Positions 38,247 through 47,817 are shown, numbered from the stretch's first letter. The stretch: DNA of 64,000 bases from Thermoplasmata archaeon (GCA_035532555.1 DATKQS010000024.1:162262-226261), one strand, 5' to 3'. Numbers and translations: made by a program. Notes: generated by a model not told the origin, from the sequence alone.

Positions 38247-39342
38247 GGATGAGCCGAAGGTCCGGGCCGATGCCCTGCGGCCCACGATCGACCTCGCGCG
38301 GCTCATCCACTCCCAGCTCGTCGATGGCGAGATCCCGCGGATGCGCCTGCCGCTGCGGACCAAGCAGAACATCGCCTTCCAGATGCGCGAAGGCGTCTGG
38401 CGGCTCGGCAAGGCGACCGGGACGCGGAGCGCGCGCAAGCTCGACGGCGCCCTGATGCTCCTGAGGACGTTCTACCTTGTCGATTTCATCAACGAGATGG
38501 CCCGCGACGGGAAGACGTCGACGTTGCGGGAGCTCTACTACATCAGCGAAGGATGGGAGGAGGGCAAGTTCCACAGCGAGGACGAATCGAACCTCCTCGT
38601 CGAGGATCTCGAGGTGATGTGCTCGCGCCTACGCGAGGACTTCCGCCTCCACCCCGAGGAGAACGGAGCCAGTATCATCGGCGACATCACGATCCGTGAG
38701 CGGAACCGCAAAGGAGCGGTCAAGACGATCAACTGCCGGGAGGATGTCGGAGACGGGGGATACGCGCTCCCGTCGAACGTCGAGAAGGAGAAGATCGAGT
38801 TCGTGAAGGCGAAGGCCAAGTTCGTCATCGCGATCGAGTGCGGCGGGATGGTCGACCGGCTCGCCGAGAACGGGTTCGACGAAGCGAACGATGCGCTCCT
38901 CGTGCATCTGAAGGGGCAGCCGGCCCGCTCGACGCGCCGCTTCCTCAAGCGCGTGAACGAGGAGCTGAAACTGCCCGTGGTGGTGTTCACCGACGGGGAT
39001 CCCTGGTCGTTCCGCATCTTCGCGAGCGTCGCCTACGGCGCGATCAAGACCGCGCACATCTCCCAGTACCTGGCGACCCCCGGAGCGGAGTTCCTCGGTG
39101 TGACCGCCTCCGACATCGAGAACTACGACCTTCCGTCCGACCGCCTCAGCGAGGTCGATATCAAGGCCCTGCAGGCCGAGCTCTCCGACCCGCGCTTCGC
39201 AACGGCCGAGTGGCGCTCGGAGATCGAGCTGATGCTCAAGAACGGGAAGAAGGCCGAGCAGCAGTCCCTCGCGAAGTACGGCCTCAACTATGTGACGGAC
39301 CACTACCTGCCGGAGAAGCTCAAGGAGATGGGCGTTCTCTAA
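38203..39342 (+). CDS. top6A: DNA topoisomerase VI subunit A (Spo11-like)
   Basis: 'LYYISEG' carries the catalytic Tyr in the winged-helix (CAP) domain; the Toprim domain is 'IAIECGGM...[13 protein letters not shown]' (E...DxD). Starts at the internal ATG 38203 of the track ORF and overlaps the top6B 3' end by 44 nt. Confidence 0.85.
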   Translation: MPRKRAPTSPKTKAEDEPKVRADALRPTIDLARLIHSQLVDGEIPRMRLPLRTKQNIAFQMREGVWRLGKATGTRSARKLDGALMLLRTFYLVDFINEMARDGKTSTLRELYYISEGWEEGKFHSEDESNLLVEDLEVMCSRLREDFRLHPEENGASIIGDITIRERNRKGAVKTINCREDVGDGGYALPSNVEKEKIEFVKAKAKFVIAIECGGMVDRLAENGFDEANDALLVHLKGQPARSTRRFLKRVNEELKLPVVVFTDGDPWSFRIFASVAYGAIKTAHISQYLATPGAEFLGVTASDIENYDLPSDRLSEVDIKALQAELSDPRFATAEWRSEIELMLKNGKKAEQQSLAKYGLNYVTDHYLPEKLKEMGVL

Positions 39343-39784
39343 CGACGTGCGGCGCGCCAGAGATGCGGCGCGCGTCCCGGGCCGCCCACGCGATCAGAGC
39401 GACCAGCGCGGCCAGGAACCCGAACTGGATCGAGGCGAGGCCGAGCGGGACCGCGCCCGACGCCAGTCCGGCCCCGACGGACGCCATTCCGACGAGCACC
39501 ACGAACGCCCCGATGCTAGCGCCCAGGACATGGCCGGGTTCCCGGCGCAGTCCGGCGGCGAGCGCGATCATTGCGACGGTGAGGAGGAGGAGGAGACCCG
39601 CCGCGATCTCGTGGATCAACCCGACCCACGTCGCGGGCGACGCAAGGCACGCCGGGAACGCCGGACAGGTGGCGGTCTCGCTCGTCGTGCCGAGGACGAT
39701 GAGCGTGGCCGCCACGAGCCCGACCGCGATCGCGACGAGCCCCACCGAATAGAGCGCGTGGGCACGGCGTTCGAACGTGGTCAT
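39320..39784 (-). CDS. four-TM membrane protein with a CPxxPxC loop; possibly a half-size CtaA-like heme A synthase (speculative)
   Basis: TM1, a loop 'TCPAFPACL' (compare the CPDWPLC Cys pair of type-1 CtaA loop 1) and TM2 with His ('LIHEIAAGL'). 154 aa, similar in size to the 4-TM Aeropyrum-type enzyme. No His in TM4, so the assignment is weak. Confidence 0.3.
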   Translation of the reverse strand: MTTFERRAHALYSVGLVAIAVGLVAATLIVLGTTSETATCPAFPACLASPATWVGLIHEIAAGLLLLLTVAMIALAAGLRREPGHVLGASIGAFVVLVGMASVGAGLASGAVPLGLASIQFGFLAALVALIAWAARDARRISGAPHVVRERPSP

Positions 39785-39841
39785 GGAGGGGCGAGGGAGC
39801 GCTACGCCTGTTTATCTCCGAGCCACCGCAACCGGGCGGCG

Positions 39842-40258
39842 TTAGGCGAGCCCGAGCACGCGCCGACCGTCGTCGGAGAGGACGCGGTCGAACTCCTCGC
39901 GAGCGACGTAGACGAACGAGTCGGGCGCGAGCGCGACGCGTCGGAAGTCGAACCCCTGCTCTCGGAACTCGGTCCCCTCCGCCGCCGACTCGACCGCCGT
40001 GCCGGCCTCGCGCGGGCCCGGCCGCACGCCGTCCGGGGCGAGGAACAGGAGATCGGCGCCGATGTCGAGGACGACCGAGGCGCGAGGGACGATGACCCGC
40101 AGGTGGATCAGGTGGGGGCGCAGGCGGCTCTCGCTCTCGGTCTCGGTCCGGGTGAAGACGACGAACTCGATCCCGCCCACGGTCGCGAGCCGATCGTAGG
40201 AGAACGACTTGTGCCGGAACTCGAGAATGTTCACCTCGAAATCGGAAGGTTCGAGCAC
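39842..40258 (-). CDS. hypothetical protein (138 aa)
   Basis: Protein-like composition ('FEVNILEFRHKSFSYDRLATVGGIEFVVFTRTETE'). Only its frame is non-degenerate here; no recognisable motif. Confidence 0.35.
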   Translation of the reverse strand: MLEPSDFEVNILEFRHKSFSYDRLATVGGIEFVVFTRTETESESRLRPHLIHLRVIVPRASVVLDIGADLLFLAPDGVRPGPREAGTAVESAAEGTEFREQGFDFRRVALAPDSFVYVAREEFDRVLSDDGRRVLGLA

Positions 40259-40398
40259 GCGCGCGGGGAACCGGGTTCGCTACATAACAGGGGTCGGGCG
40301 CGGAACCTTCCCGTCCCGGCCCGCGTCCGCCCTCGACCGGCCGCCGGTAACGCTAATAAGCCATAGAGGCACCGCGACCCCACTCGGATTGGGGTGCG

Positions 40399-40506
40399 AT
40401 GAAACGTAGCTCGCGCGCATGGAAGAAGCGCGGCCACATGCGATGGAAATGGCGCAAGAAGCGGATGCGCCGACGCATGCGGGCCCAGAAGATGCGTAAG
40501 CAGTGA
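40399..40506 (+). CDS. rpl41e: 50S ribosomal protein L41e (35 aa)
   Basis: MKRSSRAWKKRGHMRWKWRKKRMRRRMRAQKMRKQ matches the archaeal/eukaryotic L41e pattern (K/R-rich, 'WKKxGxMRWKWxKKRxRR'). Too short for the ORF track. Confidence 0.7.
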   Translation: MKRSSRAWKKRGHMRWKWRKKRMRRRMRAQKMRKQ

Positions 40507-40570
40507 GGGCCGGTCGGCCTTCACTGCAACCGGATCCGCTCCCTTCGGAGCGGATCCCCTTCCCCGGCGT

Positions 40571-40777
40571 TTACCAATCGAGACGGGCGAGCTTGCGGGC
40601 CTCTTTGGTGGCTTTCTTCCACTCCTTGTAGTGGGCCTTGCACAGATGCGCCCGGCGCCCCTTCTCCGAGAGCTGCGGGAACGCTTTGCGCGCCTCGGTC
40701 AAGGCAAGGTTGCGTTCGGCCTCTCCCCCGCAGCCAGGGACCGCGCAGATGGAGGGCGTCGGGGCCTCGGGGCTCAC
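40571..40777 (-). CDS. small Cys/His zinc-finger-like basic protein (68 aa), translationally coupled to sucD
   Basis: GTG start in a GTGA overlap with the sucD stop. '...ICAVPGCGGEAERNLALTEARKAFPQLSEKGRRAHLCKAHYKEWKKATKEARKLARLDW' has a CxxxxC...HxCxxH arrangement and a Lys/Arg-rich C-terminal helix. It is the 3' tail of the off-frame track ORF 40571..41452. Confidence 0.4.
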   Translation of the reverse strand: MSPEAPTPSICAVPGCGGEAERNLALTEARKAFPQLSEKGRRAHLCKAHYKEWKKATKEARKLARLDW

Positions 40778-41658
40778 CGGCGGCCCCGCTCCCGAAGAAC
40801 CTCGGAGACGAGATCCGGAATCTCGAAGGGGAACCGCCCGACCCGCGCACCGGCGGCCTCGAGCGCGGCCTGCTTCGACTGCGCCGTGCCCTTGCCACGC
40901 GAGATGATCGCTCCGGCGTGGCCCATCCGCTTTCCGGCGGGTGCGGAGCGGCCGGCGATGTAGGCGACCACGGGCTTGGTGAAGTGATGACGGATGTACT
41001 CCGCGGCGTCCTCCTCGGCGGTGCCTCCGATCTCTCCTACCAGGACGAGGATATCGGTGTCCGCGTCGTTCTCGAACCAGGGAAGGGCATCGACGAAGGA
41101 GGTGCCGACCACGGGGTCTCCCCCCAGGCCGATACAGGTCGACTGGCCAAGACCGTTCTCCCGGATCCCGTTGACGATCTCGTAGGTCAGCGTCCCGCTT
41201 CGGCTGATGACCCCGACGCGTCCCGGGCGGAAGACGACGTTCGGGATGATCCCGACCTTCGCCTTCCCCGGCGAGGCGACGCCCGGACAGTTCGGGCCGA
41301 CGATGCGGGCGCCCCGCTCCTTCGCGTAGTGGTACATGATGAGCATGTCGTGGAACGGGATGTGCTCGGTGACGATCACGACCAAGCGGATGCCCGCGTC
41401 CACGGCCTCGAGGAGCGCGTCCTTGGCGAACGGCGCCGGAACGAAGATGCACGAAGCGTTCGCGCCCGTTCGATCCACGGCCTCCCGGACCGAGTCGAAG
41501 ACGGGAACCCCTTCGACCTGGGTGCCGGCCTTACCGGGGGTCACACCGGCGACGACCTTCGTGCCGAAGAGCTTCATCTGGCGAGTATGCCCGCTCCCCT
41601 GATGGCCCGTGATGCCCTGGACGACCACCCTCGTGTCGGCGTCGACGAGGACGCTCAT
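40774..41658 (-). CDS. sucD: succinyl-CoA synthetase subunit alpha
   Basis: 'TRVVVQGITGHQGSGHTRQMKLFGTKVVAGVTPGKAG' is a CoA-binding Rossmann fold; the phospho-His loop is 'GHAGAI'. Start is the internal Met (MSVLVD) in an ATGA overlap with the sucC stop; the track ORF is over-extended. Confidence 0.9.
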   Translation of the reverse strand: MSVLVDADTRVVVQGITGHQGSGHTRQMKLFGTKVVAGVTPGKAGTQVEGVPVFDSVREAVDRTGANASCIFVPAPFAKDALLEAVDAGIRLVVIVTEHIPFHDMLIMYHYAKERGARIVGPNCPGVASPGKAKVGIIPNVVFRPGRVGVISRSGTLTYEIVNGIRENGLGQSTCIGLGGDPVVGTSFVDALPWFENDADTDILVLVGEIGGTAEEDAAEYIRHHFTKPVVAYIAGRSAPAGKRMGHAGAIISRGKGTAQSKQAALEAAGARVGRFPFEIPDLVSEVLRERGRR

Positions 41659-42806
41659 GCGCGACCTCCGGCCGCCGTGGGGCCCTGGGCGGCGGCGACG
41701 ACCGACTGGGCCGACTCCTTCAGGCTCGAGAGCGCCGTGATGCCCGCCTTGCGGAGGATCTCGATCCCCTCGACCTCGTTGTTCCCGCGGATCCGCGCGA
41801 CGAGCGGGAAGCGCTCGGCCGGCGGGATCTGGCCCATCGCCTGCACGAGACCGGTCGCGACGGTATCGCACCGCGTGACGCCTCCGAAGATGTTCAGGAA
41901 CACGGCCCTCGGTCTCGCTTGAGCCATCAGAAGGAACGCCTCGGACACCTTCGCCGGGTCGTCCGTACCCCCGAGGTCGAGGAAGACCCCCGGGTGGCCC
42001 CCGAACTCCGTGAGCACATCGAGCGTGGCCATCGTGAGTCCGGCCCCGTTCGCAATCACGCCGATGTTGCCGTCGAGCTGAACGAAGGCGATCTCCTTCT
42101 CCCGTGCGATCTCCTCGAGCGGGGTCCGGTCGTCCCGGATCTCGGAGTACTCCGGATGCCGGAACGCGGCATCATCTTCGATGATCACCTTGGCGTCCAG
42201 GGCGACCAGTCCCTCTCCGACCACCGCGAGCGGATTGATCTCGATGAGCTCGGCATCCTCGGCGTTGAACGCCTTCCACAAGGCGTCGAGCAGCGGGGAG
42301 AGGGCCCTGCTCGCGGCTCCCGTGAGCCCGAGCGACTGGGATGCGCGGCGCTTCTCGTACGCTGCGAGGCCGGGGAACGGATGGATCGGCTGGCGGATGA
42401 TGGCCGAGTCCTCCACGATCTCGATCTCGACTCCTCCCTGGGAGCTCGTCAGGAGGATGGGGACGCGCGCGCTCCGATCGAGCGTGATCGCGACGTAGAG
42501 TTCCCTCCCGATCGCGAGCTTGCCTTCGAGGAGGACCTCGCGGACCCGCTCTCCCTTGAACTCGAGTGCGAGGATCGCCTGCGCCGCCGCGCGGACCTCT
42601 TCCGGGGTGTTCGCGAATCGGACGGCCCCGCCCTTCCCGCGGCCTCCGGCGAGCACCTGAGCCTTGATGACGCAGGGGAGAGGTACACTGCCGTCCCGGA
42701 CCCACTGCTCGGCCTCCGCAGGGCTCCGGGCGACGCGCCCGGGGGGTAGCGGAACCCCATACTTTCGGAAGATCTCCTTGCCTCTCCACTCGGCCAGTTT
42801 GACCAT
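41655..42806 (-). CDS. sucC: succinyl-CoA synthetase subunit beta
   Basis: ATP-grasp N-terminus 'LAEWRGKEIFRKYGVPLPPG...VIKAQVLAGGRGKGG'; 383 aa. Confidence 0.9.
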   Translation of the reverse strand: MVKLAEWRGKEIFRKYGVPLPPGRVARSPAEAEQWVRDGSVPLPCVIKAQVLAGGRGKGGAVRFANTPEEVRAAAQAILALEFKGERVREVLLEGKLAIGRELYVAITLDRSARVPILLTSSQGGVEIEIVEDSAIIRQPIHPFPGLAAYEKRRASQSLGLTGAASRALSPLLDALWKAFNAEDAELIEINPLAVVGEGLVALDAKVIIEDDAAFRHPEYSEIRDDRTPLEEIAREKEIAFVQLDGNIGVIANGAGLTMATLDVLTEFGGHPGVFLDLGGTDDPAKVSEAFLLMAQARPRAVFLNIFGGVTRCDTVATGLVQAMGQIPPAERFPLVARIRGNNEVEGIEILRKAGITALSSLKESAQSVVAAAQGPTAAGGRA

Positions 42807-42842
42807 GCTCGCGCGCCTCGCCCGCGCGAAGGTTGCGCCGTA

Positions 42843-44141
42843 TTAAGGCCGATGGCGCCGCACCGCGGGCTTCCGGGATCGGGCCGCCCGGGCCGGGGGT
42901 CGCGCTCGGCGGTTGTTGAGCTCGCGCCCGATGTCGTCGAGCAACTTTCCCGCGAACGTGTTCTTGGTCCCCCGGATCCAGTGATGGCCCCCGCCCGGAG
43001 GCAGCACGAGGGCGTTCGTGGTCGGGCTCCCCATCGTAGCGACGTCGTTGGCGACGACCCAGTCGAGACCGGCGGCACGCTGCAGGCGGCGCGCGGAGGC
43101 CTCGAGCTCCGCGTCGGATCGATCGGCTTCGAGCTTGAACCCGATGAGGCGCGTGGGAGGGGGGGCGAGCCGCCGCAGCTCGGGGAGCACTTTGGGGGCC
43201 GGGCGCAAGACTATTTCGAGATCCGCGCGATCGTGGGACGATATCTTCCCCGACGCGCGTGCGGTCGTGAAATCCGACAACGCGGCCGGCACGAGGATCG
43301 TGGAGGTCTCGCGAAGCTCCCGCGCCCGGCGGCGGGCCAACGCGCGAAGATCCGCGACGCTTCGCCAGGTCCGCGTGGCGATGAAGGAGGGTATCGGCAC
43401 TTGCATCGGCCCGGCCCACAGCTCCACGTTCGCCCCCCGGAAGTGTGCCTGCACGGCGAGGGCGATCCCGGTAGCGCCACTGCTCTCGTTGGTGATCGAT
43501 CGGACTCGGTCGATGGGCTCGCGGGCGGCGCCCGCGATCACGACGACCTTTCGTCCAGCCCACGGGCCGCGGGCCGCGCGGTGCAGCACCGCCGCGGCGA
43601 CCTCCTCCGGGGTTGCCAGCTTCTCCTCGCCCTCGACCGTCTGGCCCTGGATCAGCTCGATTCCCCAGGAGCTCAGCTTCGCGAGGTTCTCCCGGACGGC
43701 GGGGCTGAGGCCCATGTGGGTGTGCATCGCGGGGGCGATCAGCATCGGAACGCCACCGCCGAGGGCCATCGAGGCGCAGGCGGTCACCGGAGTGTCGTCG
43801 ATCCCGTGCGCGATCTTCGCGATCGTGTTCGCGGTCGCCGGAGCGATGAGGTAGAGGTCCGCACGACCTTCGCCGGGGCCGAGCAGGGTAACGTGTTCGA
43901 CGTTCCCGCTTAGTTGCACCACCGGAGGATGGCCCGTGGCGAACTCGATGACCTCCGGAGTCACTAGGCGGGTCGCGTCCGCGCTCATCACGGCCTGGAC
44001 GTCGGCGCCATGGCGTATCAGCTCGCGAGCGATCCGGGGGACCTCGATCGCAGCGACCGACCCCGAGATCCCGAGCACGATGCGCCGCCCGGCAAGGAGG
44101 GAGGTCGCTCGACCGCGGATCGAATCGCTCGGGTGGACCAT
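42843..44141 (-). CDS. coaBC: bifunctional phosphopantothenoylcysteine decarboxylase / phosphopantothenate-cysteine ligase
   Basis: Flavoprotein N-terminal domain 'IVLGISGSVAAIEVPRIAREL' (PPC decarboxylase) and C-terminal CoaB domain 'VVVIAGAAREPIDRVRSITNESSG'. Confidence 0.85.
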   Translation of the reverse strand: MVHPSDSIRGRATSLLAGRRIVLGISGSVAAIEVPRIARELIRHGADVQAVMSADATRLVTPEVIEFATGHPPVVQLSGNVEHVTLLGPGEGRADLYLIAPATANTIAKIAHGIDDTPVTACASMALGGGVPMLIAPAMHTHMGLSPAVRENLAKLSSWGIELIQGQTVEGEEKLATPEEVAAAVLHRAARGPWAGRKVVVIAGAAREPIDRVRSITNESSGATGIALAVQAHFRGANVELWAGPMQVPIPSFIATRTWRSVADLRALARRRARELRETSTILVPAALSDFTTARASGKISSHDRADLEIVLRPAPKVLPELRRLAPPPTRLIGFKLEADRSDAELEASARRLQRAAGLDWVVANDVATMGSPTTNALVLPPGGGHHWIRGTKNTFAGKLLDDIGRELNNRRARPPARAARSRKPAVRRHRP

Positions 44142-44349
44142 GGATCACTGCTCCCGGCGGGCGCACGGAGCTTCGAGAGCGTATAGGCCCGGCCCCCTTA
44201 AGACGGTCGTTCCGCTTTGCCCCTCGATGCCCTCACGGAAGCCTCGCCCGCCCCGCCCGGCGGCTCGAACGACGCCGCCGGAGGCCGCTCCGCTCGAGGG
44301 CCGAGAACTCCCCGTCGTGGGCCGCGCCTCGGAGTCCTCCTTCGTGGCC

Positions 44350-45132
44350 ATGCCGGCGGTCCGTGTCGCTCCCGCGAGCGTGGCTCCACGTCGGGTGCGC
44401 CGGGGCGTGGTGGTCTTCGACCTGGACGGCACGATCCTGGACGATCTCTCGCTGATCAGCCACGTGGCGTCGGACGTGCTGAACAAGGCGTTCGGGACCC
44501 CGCCCGAGGAGGGTCGGATCCATTACCTGGCCACGACCGGGATGCCGTTCGAGGCGCAGCTCGCCCAGCTGTACCCGGACGCCCCTGCGGCCTTGCGCGC
44601 TTCGACCGCGCGGACCTTCCACCAACGCAAGATCTCCGAGGCCTACGCCCACGCCGGGCCGTTCCCCGAGATCCCCAAACTGCTCAAGCGGCTCGATCGA
44701 GAGCAGTGGACCATGGTCATCTCCACCGGTGCGGAGGCCGAGATGGCCGACCTGATGCTCGAGCGAGAGGGGTTGCGGTATTGGTTCGAGGACGTCCTAG
44801 GCTCCAAGGACGGGACCAAGCGCGAGCACCTCGCAGAGTACCGCCGACGGTACCCCGGGGTTCCTCTGTTCTTGGTGGGAGATTCACGCTTCGACATGGA
44901 GGCCGGCCGCGGCGTCCCCGGGGCGCTCCCGGTCGCCCGCGCCACCAGCCTTCACGGCTGGGCCCTCACCCCGGAGGATCTGCGACGTTGGGGGGCCGCG
45001 TGGGCGGACTACTCGCTCACGGGCCTACCGGAGGCGCTCGCCTCTCTCGAGATCGGACGCGCCGCGCCTTCGAAGTCGAAGGTCGCTGCGAAGAACCGCC
45101 CGAACACCTCGCGCCGGCGCGGCGCGAAGTAG
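44350..45132 (+). CDS. HAD-superfamily hydrolase
   Basis: Motif I 'VVFDLDGTILDD', motif II 'ISTG', motif IV 'LVGDSRFDMEAG'. Starts at the internal ATG 44350 of the track ORF. Confidence 0.7.
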   Translation: MPAVRVAPASVAPRRVRRGVVVFDLDGTILDDLSLISHVASDVLNKAFGTPPEEGRIHYLATTGMPFEAQLAQLYPDAPAALRASTARTFHQRKISEAYAHAGPFPEIPKLLKRLDREQWTMVISTGAEAEMADLMLEREGLRYWFEDVLGSKDGTKREHLAEYRRRYPGVPLFLVGDSRFDMEAGRGVPGALPVARATSLHGWALTPEDLRRWGAAWADYSLTGLPEALASLEIGRAAPSKSKVAAKNRPNTSRRRGAK

Positions 45133-45308
45133 GGCCGGGACCGAGAGTCTCAGGAAACGGGGGACGGCCCCGTCTCGCTTTGAACCCGGGTCGAGGGATC
45201 CACAGTCCCCCAGGATAGGCCAAGCTACCCCATCCCGGCCACGCCGGCCGGAGTTCGGGCCAAGATGAAAAGCCTTGCTCGCGCCGGAACCACCCGCCGG
45301 TCGCTTCT

Positions 45309-45536
45309 TCACCGAGGCAGGGAGGAGTTCTCGCGCTCCAGGAACGCTTGCCGCGCGCGTCGCTCGGCGCGTCCGACGTAGACGAAGAAGCCGCCGAGGC
45401 CGATGCCGAGCGTTACGTACGCGTAGAGGTACGCCCCTTCCCACCCGATCCCTGCGGCCGCGAGCGCGACCCAGAAGCTGACGCCGAGCGCGATGAGGAG
45501 CGCTCCTCCGATGACGAACCCCGTTTCGCGGAGCAT
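45309..45536 (-). CDS. hypothetical small membrane protein (75 aa, two TM helices)
   Basis: MLRETGFVIGGALLIALGVSFWVALAAAGIGWEGAYLYAYVTLGIGLGGFFVYVG... is more protein-like than the acidic low-complexity plus-strand frame it overlaps. Confidence 0.3.
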   Translation of the reverse strand: MLRETGFVIGGALLIALGVSFWVALAAAGIGWEGAYLYAYVTLGIGLGGFFVYVGRAERRARQAFLERENSSLPR

Positions 45537-45617
45537 TCGAGCGGTACCCCCTCCCCGACAGGCCCCGCCGGGTTAAGCCGACCGTGCCGCCGGGCCGCTT
45601 CCCCTGCCCGTGCCGTT

Positions 45618-46196
45618 ATGACCTCTGCAGTTGCTCCGGGTGCGATGGCGTTTACGCCCTTCGCGTCGGTCGACCGCGAGGCCCTGCGCTGGCTCCGCGT
45701 CGGCCCGACCTCGCCCGAGTTCCAGCTCCTATCGGGGCCGGTGCTGGTCGGTTCGCTCTCCTGGACGAGGGCCCAGGGATCCCTCGCGCTCGCTCGGATC
45801 GCCGATCGGGAGTTCACGATCAAGCGGGTCGGTTTCCTGAACCCCCACGTCACCGTTCGGCGGAAGGGGGAGGAGAAGGATCTCGCCCGCCTCGTCGGTC
45901 ACCTCAGCCACCATCGCATCGAGCTCGCCGGCGGCGCCCGCTACGACCTGAAGCGCGCGGGACTGCTCGTTCCGGCCTGGCAGCTTCTCGCCGACGATGG
46001 GACGGAGCTCTCGCACGTCGAGCCCGTGCGGGAAGGCCGTCGTCTCGACGGCGGGACCGTTCAGGTATCCGCCCCCGCTCGCGACCTCACCGAGCTTCCC
46101 CTGCTCCTCCTCCTAACGTGGTACTTCATCGTCCTCTCCTGGCGCGAGGACGAAGCCGTCTCCGAATGGACGGACCACGCCGAGGGCCAGTTCTGA
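45618..46196 (+). CDS. hypothetical protein (192 aa) with one C-terminal TM segment
   Basis: Starts at the internal ATG, which avoids overlap with the minus-strand small ORF. 'FTIKRVGFLNPHVTVRRKGEEKDLARLVGHLSHHRIELAGGARYDLKRAGLL' is beta-rich (PH/bPH-like). 'LLLLLTWYFIVLSW' is hydrophobic. Confidence 0.4.
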   Translation: MTSAVAPGAMAFTPFASVDREALRWLRVGPTSPEFQLLSGPVLVGSLSWTRAQGSLALARIADREFTIKRVGFLNPHVTVRRKGEEKDLARLVGHLSHHRIELAGGARYDLKRAGLLVPAWQLLADDGTELSHVEPVREGRRLDGGTVQVSAPARDLTELPLLLLLTWYFIVLSWREDEAVSEWTDHAEGQF

Positions 46197-46218
46197 GACC
46201 GCGCCGTACCGCGCGCGC

Positions 46219-47286
46219 TCACTTCGGGGCCGGCGGGAAGCCCACCGCCCGGAGCAGGCGCGGGATCATCACATCGTATCGCGGGCCTTTGTCGAAGTGG
46301 CCTCCGGGAAACTCCTGGTGATCGATGGAGACCCCCTGGCGTCGTGCCTCGGCCGCGAAGACACGGGAAGAGACATCCAGCCCGAACTCGTCCTTCAGGC
46401 CGCCATCGGCGTAGACGTAGGCGAGCGACCGGAGCGCGGATCGGTACCTCTCCTCACGGATCATGCGGACCGGGTCCCAGGCGAGCCACCTCGCCCAGAC
46501 GTCGGGCCGGAGCTCTCCGGAGTCGAGGTCGAACGGTAGGTCGAATCGGCCCGGTTCGGAGTCGATCGCCGAGTAGCAGGAGGCATACGCCATCGTCGAC
46601 AGCGCCTGCAGATCCTCGTTCTTCGGTCCGAAGCCGTCGGTCGGAGTTTGGAACAGCGTGCGTAGCAGTGCTTCCGGCCCCCCGGCTCTGCGGATGGCGC
46701 GGAGGGCGTGGGGGAAATCCGGCGGATAGCAATACTCGAAGTACATGTCCCCCGCGTTCGACGCCGCGGCGCGGAAGACATCGGGGTGCCGCAGCGCCAA
46801 GAACAGGGCCCCGTACCCTCCGCTCGAAGTCCCCAGGGTCACGGTCGGCCCCGTGCGGTACTTCGCTTGGATCATTGGAACGATCTCGTCGACGACGTAG
46901 TCCTCGTAGCGTCCCGTGGCGCTCGAGTTCATGTACTGGCTTCCTCCGAGCGTCGTGATGCAGTCCGGCCCGACCATGACGGCCTCGGCGGCGGCACCGC
47001 TCCGGATCAGGCGATCGAGCCGAGCTACGATCGATTCGCGCAAGTAGTCCGAAGAACGGAAGTGGGCCGGGCCGGCTCCCGTGTAGCCCGAAAGCAAGAT
47101 CAAGAGCGGTCGGCCCTCGGTGCGGCCGGACGGTGGGATGTAGACGGGCACGCTGCGCTCGGTCGGATCTCCCCATGGATTCCCGCGGAGCACCGTACTC
47201 GTGAACCGATGGGTCTCGATCCGGCCGCTCAACTCCGGAGGGAACATCTCTTCGGCGCGTGCATCGGTCGGGACTTTCCAGGTCAT
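46219..47286 (-). CDS. putative esterase (esterase D / enterochelin-esterase family, alpha/beta hydrolase)
   Basis: 'VTLGTSSGGYGALFLALRHPDVF' (GxSxG nucleophile elbow) and 'GPDCITTLGGSQYMNS'. Confidence 0.7.
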   Translation of the reverse strand: MTWKVPTDARAEEMFPPELSGRIETHRFTSTVLRGNPWGDPTERSVPVYIPPSGRTEGRPLLILLSGYTGAGPAHFRSSDYLRESIVARLDRLIRSGAAAEAVMVGPDCITTLGGSQYMNSSATGRYEDYVVDEIVPMIQAKYRTGPTVTLGTSSGGYGALFLALRHPDVFRAAASNAGDMYFEYCYPPDFPHALRAIRRAGGPEALLRTLFQTPTDGFGPKNEDLQALSTMAYASCYSAIDSEPGRFDLPFDLDSGELRPDVWARWLAWDPVRMIREERYRSALRSLAYVYADGGLKDEFGLDVSSRVFAAEARRQGVSIDHQEFPGGHFDKGPRYDVMIPRLLRAVGFPPAPK

Positions 47287-47424
47287 GGCACCGCCATTCC
47301 GAAGAGGGGCTTACGGGTTCCGTTCGGGCGCGCTCCCCCGCGCACTCCTTGGATTCGGCCGGAGTGAGGTGCGCGTTAGCGCCGGCTTGAATAAGGCTGC
47401 GGGCTCGTTTCTCACGGAGCAGGG

Positions 47425-47751
47425 ATGGAGAAGTGGGGTGCGGAAGCGTTCCGCGGGGATCGGCTCGACCGGCCCGGAGATTGGGGAGTCTGCTTCCTCG
47501 CCGACTGGTGCCCGTTCTGCCGGGATTACGTGCCCCGGTTCCAGAGGCTCGATGGGGTCGCTCCGTTCCCCCTCGCCGTCGCCGATGTCACGGACCTCGA
47601 GAGTCCCCTGTGGGACATCTTTCACATCGACGTCGTCCCCACGCTCGTCGCGTTCCGCGACGGAAAGGCGATCTGGCGCAAAGACGGGGTGCGAATGGTC
47701 GGACTCAACGCGAGGGACCTCGACGAGCTACGCCAAGCGCTCGCCCGGTGA
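47425..47751 (+). CDS. thioredoxin-family protein
   Basis: 'VCFLADWCPFCRDYVP' (WCPFC is a CxxC active site); thioredoxin fold; 108 aa. Confidence 0.75.
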   Translation: MEKWGAEAFRGDRLDRPGDWGVCFLADWCPFCRDYVPRFQRLDGVAPFPLAVADVTDLESPLWDIFHIDVVPTLVAFRDGKAIWRKDGVRMVGLNARDLDELRQALAR

Positions 47752-47817
47752 CCCCGACCTCGCTCCTCCCTCCCTGCCGGCCGTCCTCGGGGTTTTTGAC
47801 CCCCTGCTTCCTTCCCG

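Noticed and set aside
42172-44166. 664-aa minus-strand ORF and several 200-350-aa ORFs over sucC and coaBC
   Set aside because: Extreme Arg/Pro/Gly bias. Off-frame to the well-supported sucC and coaBC frames.
45133-45308. Intergenic region after the HAD gene, inspected for a tRNA or terminator (hairpin GGGACGGCCCCGTCTC followed by GCTTTG)
   Set aside because: No acceptor/T-arm geometry consistent with a tRNA (no GTTCRANYC loop with complementary flanks). The hairpin is imperfect and lacks a convincing oligo-T tract, so it was not called as a terminator.
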